From: the human T2T-CHM13v2.0 reference genome, Homo sapiens
Strand: one strand, 5' to 3'
Length of the DNA: 64,000 bases
Assembly (NCBI RefSeq): GCF_009914755.1
Contig: NC_060927.1
How positions within the stretch are numbered: position 1 is the first letter of the stretch; the number at the start of each line of letters is the position of its first letter. Shown here in pieces: positions 53,003 to 64,000 of this stretch. The translations under genes and the position numbers were made by a program. Under the pieces are notes generated by a model. That model made no database searches. It was not told the DNA's origin and worked only from the letters and a program-made list of their open reading frames with translations.

Positions 53003-53166
53003 CAATGCTTCTCAAACTTCACTGTGCATATGAATCATCTGAGTAACTCATTACAATAAAGATTCTAATTCAGTGGTTCTTCGGTGGAGCCTGAGTCTGT
53101 ATTTCTAACAAGCACCCAGGTGATGTCAATGCTGCTGGTCTGCAGCCCACACTTTGAGCAGCAAAG
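53003..53166. mobile_element. MER5A1-like hAT-Charlie MITE
   Basis: caatgcttctcaaactt...tgaatcatctg...atttctaacaagcacccaggtgatg...cacactttgagcagcaa. Confidence 0.88.
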
Positions 53167-56100
53167 ATTGTGAACATTGCTCCCACAGCTGCAGAAGATG
53201 CTGATCATGTCAGAGAAAATGTTGTCAAAGAGAGTTCAGACTGAAGAGAAATGGAAGAAAGAACCCCACAGTCACTCTCATTAACAAATAAAGCCGCAGT
53301 CAACATTTCACATGCATAATGGGAGGAAGCAAAGGCTTGTACATAAATCAACTGAAAAGGACTCAGTACTTAAAAGCTACATTTTGGGCAAGACATGGGC
53401 AAACGTTCAGAGCAATTTCATCATTAGAAATGTGGCATATAAAGCAAAAAGCTGGCATCCCGGACAACAACAAGCCTATGGACACAGGAACCATAATTTA
53501 AACGGTATCACAACAATTTTCCCCACCACAAGTTACCAAGCCTCACTAGTTCCTTGGTAAGCAAGAGTTGAAGCCTGATCTAAGAACATACTCTACATTC
53601 TCATGCACCTATTGTACATACGTGGAGTAAACTTTACAGGGTTGTTATTGAAGAGTGAGGAGTCAGTCACCTTCAACAAATTGTTTTGCTGTCTTCATGA
53701 CGTACTGAGCTAAAGGACCTCCTCTGTTATTAATACAGAGATATGAACTTGGTAGACTTTAAGTACTAAAAATCAAGATCCTGGTGGCTAGATTATTAAT
53801 TTGATATATTTGTGTTCACATATGGCTATTTACTTCAGAAACAAGAAAATTAAAATCTTATAAGATGTTTTTAGATCTAGTCTTTTTGTTCTAAAGTACA
53901 TGACAAAACAAAAGGATCTTGTTGTAAGATTCTTATACCTCTAAGGAAAAAGACCATAGCGAGGACCTGGAGGTGGATATTATAACTCCAAGTTCCAGAG
54001 TAGCATATTTTCTTAATGATAATAGCTATTATGCCTGGCTGCTAACTCTGAGTAGAAGTCAAAGCCAGACAAAGCAGATTTACTCTCTTTCTGAAGGGAG
54101 ATTTTTATCAATATTATTTTCAGGGAAGAGGCTAAGTATAATCTTCAGTTGAATTCTGAACTTATTACCCAATAGACTTAAAGTTTCTTACACTACCCAA
54201 AGGTTGAGACTATTTTATCTAATGTGGAAAAAGAAAGGGATAGTTATATCAATCTTAGATTGCTTTATTTAAGACAACTACTTTAAAAGTTCAGTTTAAA
54301 TAGTTGCAATGAGAACTGGCCCATCATCACATTCTGTTGAATCCTTTCAACCTCCAATTTACAATGGGCATTATGTTTTATTCTTTAATGTACATTAATT
54401 TGGTTCAAGCAGGATCCAGACTGCACATCTCAGCATTCTACTTGAATAAAGAAGAAAGCATTCAATTCCCCTCCATAGCAAATTCAGCCTTCCACAAGTC
54501 AGTTCTGCCAGTCAGTGATGGCTGCATTGCAAAAACTGCTTTGCGAATGTTTTGCTGGGTTTTGTTGCTAGGTGATGACTGGGAAAACTTTGCAATTCCT
54601 GCTGAGAGGTTTAAAAAAATGTGCCTGTAACCAGTTTCATATTAAAGAGGAGGAAAAAAATAGGGCAGCCTGCACCTTAATTCCTCAAGGTTTACTCCTT
54701 GCCCTATACTCCCCCTTAGCTGCCATGTAGAGAAATTGTGACCATCAGGAAATGTTAAATATACAACACTGGAGGGGGGGGAGAAAAACAAGAAACAATA
54801 TTCAATTTATTGCCAACCAAACCAGAGTAGAGTAATAACACAGAACTTGTCAAATGTCTTCCTTCCTTTTACTCTGAACTAGACCTTAAATAATGGGATG
54901 CGGGAGGGAATAGCAGAGCAAGCGGGTGAACAGAACAGAACCAACCCATTCTCCCAACATTCGTTTCTATTCTACACATTAGCAAAGACCCTCTGCTTAA
55001 GAAATTGGCCTGAAGCTAGAGTTAGCTTGTACCTGAGCTGTGTTTCAGAAACCCTTGGCCTGGATGGGACTTTCCAGCCAAGCAGCAGGGATTCCTGGGA
55101 AAGCCTGGAGGCCTGTCTGAGGCCTGGTCCTATGTCAGTGATTGATGAGGACAAGTGCGAGAGGTGACGCACTGTGAAATCAGACTGTGGCACAAAGAGT
55201 TAATCCTTGGTCTTTTTCCAAACTGGATCCTTTGAGAGAAAACATAATATTTATTCCTTCCTTTGTTAATTTTGCAGCAAAAAAGCGCTCTTGATATCTT
55301 ATTCACTAGGCAAGATGCCAGCCTGCAACCTCCATAAAATTTCAGGAGATAAATACCACACTAGTGGCAGTAATTATTTGTCCTTGCATTATCATCATCA
55401 AATTATTTTAAACTGCTGATTTAACAAGTACTGTATTATAACCAATAGAAAGAGAAAAGCAGTTGTTTCTGCATACAAATTTCTTTCCACAAATTAAAGG
55501 ACCTACCTATAAATCACAAAAAGGAAAAAAAGAAACTGAGAAATTACAACTCTGCCACCTTGGGCTTCTCTATTCTTAGAAACTTGGAAACAGCTTGGTA
55601 GTAAGAGTCCCCTTTCTCTCCTGCACTAACTCATTCACTCTTTCTCACTCCCCACTGGGTTCTCCCCTGGGAGGACAGGGAAGGCCATGTGTGTTTTTGA
55701 CTTGGCTGCAAAGGCGAGTTTCTTGTACTTTCGCACCCTCCATAGCAGATGCACAAACTTTAGCAGAGTCTTTTTAACACTTCATTAATTATTGAGCTGT
55801 GCCAAGAGTAATTATTGGGCTATGCCAGGAGTCCTTTTCTCCCACATCAGTAAACAGTAATTTAGAGAAGGGGGGTTATAACCTTAGGGTGAGCAACGTT
55901 TTCCCCCCACAGCTGTGTGGTGAGTCCAACAATACTGCATATGCTTCAACAAATGAGGAGGTCCACAGCCCAGCCTCTGTTACATGCAGGAAATGTTATG
56001 GGCCAGCAAAAAGAACCCACCATGCTAATTCTGTGACGCAAAATTTGGAACATCTCATTTGCTAACAGATCCAAGATATCTGTTCTGACTTTGTGCTTTT

Positions 56101-56755
56101 GCCCTCATTTAATAATAATAATAATATCCAATAACAGCGAGGGAATTGACTTTCAGGATATTCCCGATATGTTGTAACAGAAACATGCTAACATTGATAT
56201 AACACTTTCTCTTAATTACTAAGATTTCTTTTCTTTTGCCATTATTCAGTAAAATTTTAATTATCTACATGTCCTTCAATTAACAAATGTCATTTCATGG
56301 TCACTTGACAACCCTAACCAACTCTGAGACTCGGCAAAATAGAAATGCCTTTTTTCAACATTTTAAGAGACAAATCAGACACAGGAAAGGTTAGTTTGAG
56401 CTCCTGTTCCTCAGGCTACTTAGAGCAGCGGTGAGAGTTTGCAGTCTGCATTTCAGAAAAACAGAACCAGGGGGTTAGAAGGTTACTTACTGCAACACTC
56501 TTGCCATGCCATATGACAGTAAAATTCCCTCCAAACAACCCCCCAAAATGTGATTATCCAGTCTCTGTTTCAATGGAAGAGAATTCTTTTCTGTAAGATA
56601 CAACTCATTCTACTTTCAAATGTTCAGCATTGAAGTGTTGTTCATTCTCCTAAAGTAAAATGAATTTGTCTTCTTTTAGCTTCAATTCATCAGTCCCTTA
56701 GTGGAGATGTAAAACAACTTTGTAAATACTTCATGTCAGCTAGCCCTCCCTATAT

Positions 56756-56890
56756 TAGTAGTTTTCAAACTTAACGGTGAATAAGAAACACATACTGCTA
56801 AAAATGAAGATTCCCGGGCCCCATAACCTAGAGGTTTGATTGTAGGAGTTCTTCAGGTAGTCCACAATAACACCTTGAGAAACAACACTC
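56756..56890. mobile_element. MER5-family MITE, deleted
   Basis: tagtagttttcaaactt...agattcccgggcccc...caccttgagaaac. Confidence 0.55.
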
Positions 56891-56934
56891 TAAGGCTTTT
56901 CTTCCCAAGGCTATATTTCTTTTGATTAATTCTG

Positions 56935-57497
56935 AGGAACTGCAGGTCACCAAAGAGTTCCACATTGCCATATCCAATGACCAGTTTTCTGTTCTCATCT
57001 TATTCATGTTGGTCATTCTGTACTTCTTGAAATGCTTTATTTACTTCTCCTCCTGCATCATTGTCTACCAACATATCACAATGGCTTCCTTGGGTTCCCT
57101 CCAGAACATATGAAGCAAACTCCCACCTCAGGGTTTTGTACTTTCTTTTTCCTCTGCATAAAATTTTCTTCTTCCATTTATCTTTTATTTACGATGCCCT
57201 CCCTTAGCTATTGAAGGTTTCTGATCACATAGCAACTCTTCAGAAATGGCTTTCCTGAGCAACTTATCTGCAATAGCTCCCGACTCATTCTCTACCCCTT
57301 TACACTGCTTAATTCTCCATCACCAGTCATCGCTGACATAGTATTTATTTGTTCACATGTTTATTTTTTTGCCTCTCCAGTGAGAATAATGTAAGCAACA
57401 AAGACGCTGTTTCGTAAACTGCCATTTCCTCAGTGCCTAACGCACACCTGCACATAAGCCCTCAAAAAAAAATACATGTCGAAAAAAATGAAAGAAA
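56935..57497 (+). mobile_element. L2 LINE
   Basis: ggtcaccaaagagttccacattgccatatccaatg...tcccacctcaggg...cagtgcctaacgcacacctgcacata. Confidence 0.75.
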
Positions 57498-57509
57498 AGT
57501 GGTACTGAG

Positions 57510-58489
57510 TCCTTTCCTGAGTCTGTTTAAGCCTGTCTATGTCCCCACAAAGGTGTGCTGCCGAGAACTCCTCACAAATTCCACATATGGCCTGACCAGA
57601 ATAAAACGGAATAATCTATCCCCTTGTTTGCAATACTAGATTTGTACAAATATGGCACCCGTTTTCATTCACTTTTAGGGCAGCTATGTCACATTATTGA
57701 ATCACATTGAGCTTATGCAGCTGCTAAGCCACATTGCCCTGTGCAGCTGGATATTTGGAACCAAGCTCAGGATTTCACATGCATCCCCTGTTAAATGTTC
57801 TCTGATTAAATTTGCTCCAGCCCATTAAAATTCTTTGGGATACTAATTCTGTCGTTAAGCACGTTCCCACATCAGTAGCTCTTCCACATTCATTTCATCT
57901 GCCTACTGATGCATTTTCTTGCTCTAATCATTAATGAAAAACCTAGGCAGTGAAGAGGAGTTAAAAACCAAAGTTTGTATCTGGGCACTGCCATTTACTA
58001 GCTGTGTGACCAACCTTGGCCAAGCTAATTCAGTTCTCTGACTCCCTTTTCCTCATATATAAAATGGAGATGATAACTGTGATAAGGTTATTGCATAATT
58101 AAATAAGATCATAAAATGTTTAGTACAGCACCTGACATGTATAAGCCAGTGTTATCCCAGCACTCAGTGCAGTGCCTGACACACAGTGTGCACTAAATAA
58201 AGTTTTGTTGGTTTTTGACCAGGACAAGGACACAATCTGTGTGGTAGGACCATAGAATTGTATATCAGGGTTATCAACTATCCATTAATTAGCATGCTTT
58301 GACATTCAATTAGTTCCTTGACTGGTTATGAATACATACCTTCGTGCTATCGTCCTATTTGCCTTTCTCCATTTTATTTTTTAAAAGTTCAAGAGAAACA
58401 GCCAAATGCAATCTTGAAGTAAGGATACACTATGTTTAGTGCAGTCTCCAGAACTACCAAATATCCCTGTCGAAAAAATAAAATTTGAT
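57510..58489 (-). mobile_element. L3/CR1 RT-region remnant (contains a MIR and an L2 tail; resumes at about 62328-62465)
   Basis: ggcctgaccaga, gcagctatgtcacattattga, ttcacatgcatcccctgttaaat; ggcatgacttagtgaaccca after the L1. Confidence 0.6.
57945..58150 (+). mobile_element. MIR SINE nested in L3
   Basis: ctgccatttactagctgtgtgac...ttcctcatatataaaatggagatgata. Confidence 0.8.
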
Positions 58490-61400
58490 GGACAAGGTCA
58501 ACAAGTTCCTAACCAGGGGTCCCTGGCACTCATCCTCCCCCACAAAAGAGGACCAAGGCAACAAATAAACAGCTAAGATTTGACTGGAGTGTTGAAGGGA
58601 TAGCACTGGAGTGCAGTGGAGGAGTAAAGGACACAGGTGTGGTGACTGAAAGCCAGAGTGCAGCATGAAGGTACTTGGCCTCTGCAGCACCATCTCCCCT
58701 GCCTGGATCAGATTTTCCTGGAGTCAGGAGGGAGGTAGGAACACATCAAACAAGCAAATGTAAGCCGAAGAATCCCACCTGCCCCCACCACCACCACAAA
58801 TGCCTACCCTCCTTACTGTAGCAGAATCCCACAGTCCCCGCAAGCCCTGAACCCAGTTAGGAGAGCTGCTAGGAATTTGTGCAGCTGCATTGCCCCAGAT
58901 TAGAAGCACATGGTTGTGCACTATCCCCCTCCCACCCAGGCCCTGTGGGCCAAGCTGCTGCAGCATAGCACCATTTTGAGACCAGAGCCACCTCGGGGGT
59001 GTGCCATGCTCTGGGGCCTAGTAGCCACTGCATCTCTCCAGCATTGGGCCTCCATCTTCTTTCTACCAAGCCCAAACTGGGGGCTGAACACCACAACCCC
59101 AGCAGTGCAGAGGCTGGGCCCGGTCCTGCACAGCAGGGAACCAAACCTTGCCATCCACACTTCCAGCTAGAGAAATAGTCTGGCAGTACCACCCAAGGCA
59201 AACCCACCCTTGAGCTGGTCAAACTGTTGTACACCTTCTCCAGAGCAGGAAAGGCCCTCAAGCCTCCAAGCAGCTGACACTCTCCAGGCCAGCACAGCAG
59301 CTATATATTCATACCCAGGGCTTGATTAATAGCCCTGCAGGGCCCCCACCCCCTGCCAACAAGCCTCTGTCATGACCAATGACTCTATACCTGCAATCAG
59401 GGCCTGAGAAACAGCTCTGAGGGCAGCCCCTGGCAGACACAGCCCCAGGCTGGTCAAGCAGCTGTGCATCCACATCCTGGGCCTGAGAAACATTTCTGCA
59501 GGCTACTCCTGGCAGGCAGGTTCCCAGGTAAGCCAAGCAGTGTGGTGCCCACATCTCAGGCCTGAGAAGCAGCCACATGGGCCATCCCTGGAAGGCATGC
59601 CCACAGGCCAGCCAGATAACTACATGCATACACTCCCAATCAGAGTAACTTCCCTGTAGCTCCAACCCCAGCCCCAAGTTGGTGGACCCACTATATGAAC
59701 ACATGCACCCCTGACCTGAGAAATAGGCTGGCAAGCCCACCCATGGAAAAGCCACACCACCTCTGCCACAAAGTCTCTCAGCCTAGGCCACTGAGACACT
59801 CACAAACATCACTAGTGTGGATTACAGCTAAAGAAATTACATGGAGAATATACTACTGCATCCACATAGAACCAAAGCCAATACACCCCAATGAAGTGAC
59901 ACTTTAAGACCCATTTACATAAATGAGTCTTTCCTGATGAAACCTACTCCATAATATTGGAAGAAGCAGCTCTTTCACCAGATGCATAGAAATCAACATA
60001 GGGACACATCTAACATGAAAAAGCAAGGAAACATGACACTTCCAAAGGAACACAGAAGTTTTTGGTAACAGACCCTGATCATAAGGAAATATACAAACTG
60101 CCACAAAAAGAATTCAAAATAATAATCTTAAGGAAATTCAATAAGATACAAGAGAACACAGAAAATTTAATGAAATCAGGAAAACAATTCATGCATGATT
60201 TGAAGGAAAACGTTCAATGAAAAGATAGATATCATTAAAAAGAACCAAACAGAAAATCTATAGCTGAAGAACTCAATGAATGAAATAAAAAAATACAATT
60301 GACAGTTTCAAGAATAGGTCAAGCAGAAGAAAGAATTTTTGAAACTTAAAGACAGGTCATTAGAAATAACACAGGCAGACAAAAAGAAAAAGCATGAAGA
60401 ATGAAGAAAACCTACAAGATTTATGGGACATGGTTAAGTGAACAAGTATTCACATTTGGGCATCCCAGAAGGAAAAGAAAATGGAAATGGTGTAGAAAAC
60501 ATATAAAATGAAAATGGTAGCTGAAAACTTCCCAAGTCATGGGAAAGAGATGGACATTCAGATTCAGAAAGCTCAAAGAATCTCAAATCCATTCAACCTA
60601 CACAGATCCTCCCCAAGGCACATTATAATCAAATTTTCAAAAGTCAAAGACAAAGAAAGAATTCTAAAAGCAGCAAAAGAGAAGCATTAATTCATACATA
60701 CAGGAACCCCCATTAGATTAACACTGAATTTCTCAGCAGACACCTTACAGACTAGAAGAGAATGGAATGATATATATGTTCAAAATACTGAAAGAAAAAC
60801 ACTCTCAACCAAAATATTATACCCAGCAAATATACCTTTCAGAAATGAAGGAGAAATAAAATCTTTCACAGACAAGCAAAAACAGGAAATTAATCTCCAC
60901 TAGACCAGCCTTGCAAGAAATGCTGAAGGGAATCTTACATCTGGAAGTGAAAAGACAACTACCACCATTATGAAAGCATGTGAAACTATAAAACTCACCA
61001 GCAGAACTAATACACAAAGGAGAAAGAAGAAAGAATCAAGTCTTATTGATACAGAAAACCACCCAACCACAAAAACAAACAATAAGAGAGAAAGTAAGGA
61101 AGAAAGGATATATAAAACAATCAGAAAACAATCAACAAAATGACAGGAGTAAGTTCTCACTTATCAATAATAACCTTGAATGTAGACTGATTAAATTCCC
61201 CATTTAAAAGATATCAACTGTCTAAATGGACTTTTTAAAAACCAAGACTCAATTATATGCTGCCTACAAGAAACTCACCTCAGTTGTAATGACACACATA
61301 GGCTGAAAGTGGGGCAATGGAAAAAAATATTCCATTCAAATGGAAACCAAAAGCAAGCAAGAGTAACTAATATCAGGAAAAAAAAAACAGACTAAGTCAA

Positions 61401-62310
61401 AAAGAGACCAGGAAGGACATTATACAATAATAAAGGAACAAATTCAACAAGAGACTATAACAACTGTAGATACATATGCACCCAAAACTAGAGCACCCAG
61501 ATATAAAAACAAATATTATTATATTGAAAAAGAGAGATAGACTCCAATACAATAACAGTTAATGACTTCAACACTCCATTCTGAGCATTAGACAGATCAT
61601 CTACACAGAAAATCAAAAAAGAAACATCAGATTTCAGTGACACCATAGACCAAAAGTACCTAGCAGACATTTATAGAACATTTCACCCAATGACAGCAAA
61701 AGGCACATTATTTTCATCAGCACATAGAACATTCTCCAGAATTGACCATTTGTTAGGACACAAAACAAGTTTCAAACATTTTTTAAATTGAAATCATACT
61801 AAGTATCTTAACTGGCTACAATGGAATAAAATCAAAAATCAATAACAAGAGGAACATTTGAAACTATACAAATACATTAAAATTAAACAGCATGCTCCTG
61901 AAAGTTAAAACATCACATGTTCTCACTTGTATGTGGAAGCTAAAAGAAAAAGTTGGTATCATAGAGGGAAAAAGTAGAACAGATAATATTAGAGACTGGG
62001 AAGGATGGGGGAAGGGTGGATAGGGAGACTTTTGTTAAAGGCTACAAAGTTACAGCTAGATGACAGGAATAAATCCTATTGTTCTATAGCACTATAGGAT
62101 GACTTATAGCTAACAATAGTATATTATATAATTTCAAGTAGCTAGAAGAAGGATATTAAATGTTCCCAACACAAAGAAATGATAAATGTTTGAGATGATG
62201 GATATGTTAATTACCATTATCTGATTACTTACATTATACATATCACATTGCTACCCCACAAGTATGTAGTATTAATTTATTTATTGGGTATTAATTTTGA
62301 AATTTTTAAA
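58490..62310 (+). mobile_element. L1MA (MA5-like): 5' UTR, ORF1 remnant, ORF2 endonuclease, internal deletion, 3' UTR
   Basis: GC-rich 5' UTR; ORF 60508 (ENFPS...SPRHIIIKFSKVKDKERILKAA) is ORF1; ORF2 start atgacaggagta at 61140; L1MA 3' UTR; degenerate TSD 58473-58489 / 62311-62327. Confidence 0.9.
59165..59790 (+). repeat. ~79-bp degenerate tandem array in the L1 5' UTR
   Basis: ggcctgagaa at 59401, 59480 and 59559; weaker units near 59165, 59243, 59319, 59638 and 59713. Confidence 0.8.
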
Positions 62311-62944
62311 AAGAAAGAAAATTTAATTTATTAGGCATGACTTAGTGAACCCACTGCTTTCTTTTCTATATATTCACAAATCATACTTGTCTGGATTACT
62401 AGTCTGTCACTAAGTCATATGTCCCTCTTCTAATGCTTTTTCCATTCTCCACAGTTCCCTAAGAACTAAGCTCATGTACGGTTTTTCTCAGTGCCCTGGA
62501 ATAGGTAGCCCAAAATAGAAAACTAGTACTTATTTGTTGCCACTAAGATGCTCCCTTACAAATTTCACATACCTGAAGTTTCAAGAGTCTCTTACCAATA
62601 TCATTCCTGCATTTGTTAGTTTATTCCCAGCCATTTCTAAGAAAAGTATGTATCTACACTGGCACTTCAAGAATATGTATCAGAGAAGCAGAGTTTGTAT
62701 AGTATGAGCTTCCCTTCCCCTTTTCATCATACTTCAAAAACAGGAAGGCAGAGACCTTCCTATTTTTCTGAATAAATATTTTGAATACATAGTCAGAACT
62801 GTTTATTTTATTAACTGAGACTTAAATCTTCATGCCAGGCTGCATTGTTGAACAACCTCTCTACCCAGAGGCAGGGAAGATTCCTATCAGCTTTGGTGGT
62901 AAACCTTCCAGATCCAGGCTTTCCAAGAGTAGTCACTTACTGGG

Positions 62945-63302
62945 TGATATGGTTTGGCTGCGTCCCCACCCAAATCTCATCTTGAATTGTAGTTTCCATA
63001 ATTCCCTCGTGTTGTGGGAGGGACCCAGTGGGAGACAATTGAATCATGAGGGCAGTTTCTCCCATAAAGTTCTCTCTGTAGTGAATAAGTCTTATGAGAT
63101 CTGATGGTTTTATATATCCCTTTCACTTGGCTCTTATTCTCCTCTCCTGTCTGCTGCCATGTGAGATGTGCCTTTCACCTTCCACCATGATTGTGAGCCC
63201 TCCCCAGACATGTGGAACCGTGAGTCCACTAAACCACTTTTATTTGTAAATTGCCCAGTCTTGGGTATATCTTTATCAGCAGTGTGAAAATGGACTAAAA
63301 CA
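62945..63302 (+). mobile_element. THE1C-like MaLR solo LTR
   Basis: tgatatggtttggctg...cccacccaaatctcatcttgaattgtag...atcagcagtgtgaaaatggactaaaaca; TSD ctggg / ctagg. Confidence 0.93.
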
Positions 63303-64000
63303 CTAGGCACCCTATAAATGTTAGTTTTCATTATTAGGACCAGCTAGTCTTCAGAAAACCTAATATTGATCTCTTCTAAACTCTCATAACATTTTATCCA
63401 TACTTCATATGAGAGCTTAGTCTGATATTATTTCTATGTTGTAAGAGCCTCAAGTACAGAGACTGCAATTTATTCTTTACATAAAAAATTCCATTAATAA
63501 GTGAATCCAAAAATTATGACTGTGACTTTATTAATATCTTTATTGTCTGCAATAACTGAATATTTCTAAATTATCTTAAAGGATATTCTTTCTTTGATTG
63601 TTTTAAACAGCTAATCTTCATTTACTTGGTGAATAGTTTTGTGACACAGACTACAAAAGTGAATTTTATTTCAGGATATTCTGAATTATAGTAACTGTTG
63701 GAGGTTAGTGGACTGCTACTGGCTACAGCTTATTTATTTACATGGCTTTTAAAGGTGTACCCATTCAGCCTCTGGGCTCACCACCAGAGGATGCAAATTT
63801 TTGTCACTTTGAAACTTAATTAAATTAACTAGAAGGATAAAAAAATGTTTTCCATCACCATATGGTAGCTTTTTTGTTCTTATTAATGGATTTTAACTTT
63901 GATAGAAAATAGTCTGCATATTTCATTTCACCTCTCCAGAGCAATTAGGAGCCAATTTACAAGAAATGCTCCTACTAATAGTAGGCCATTGATAGCCATG

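Noticed and set aside
59165-59790. Periodic repeats superficially like a CRISPR array
   Set aside because: Whole units are homologous with no unique spacers, the context is a eukaryotic L1, and there are no cas genes
58454-59907. Cluster of overlapping longer ORFs in a GC-richer stretch
   Set aside because: L1 5' UTR and tandem array; low stop density follows from GC content, and CpGs are depleted so it is not a CpG island

Overview
Primate (probably human) non-coding genomic DNA. It is AT-rich, CpG-depleted and roughly half interspersed repeats: Alu (J, S, Y and a free monomer), L1 from L1PA/L1PB to old L1M, L2, L3/CR1, MIR, ERVL/MaLR solo LTRs, hAT-Charlie MITEs and microsatellites. I find no credible host protein-coding exon, tRNA, rRNA or CpG island. 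The recognisable ORFs in the track are Alu artefacts or L1 ORF1/ORF2 remnants. Two signals are not explained by the repeat catalogue. First, a 115-bp CpG-rich segment is duplicated 2.75 kb apart (31773-31887 and 34524-34645); it carries STAT, E-box and RFX motifs and a terminal stem with a compensatory change. Second, fold-back or template-switch inverted repeats recur (7132-7329, 18892-18919, 43391-43418, 45163-45306, 49096-49130 and smaller ones). Subfamily names are from remembered consensus sequences, boundaries of old elements are approximate, and no function is demonstrated. I see no firm evidence of a novel multi-gene system.
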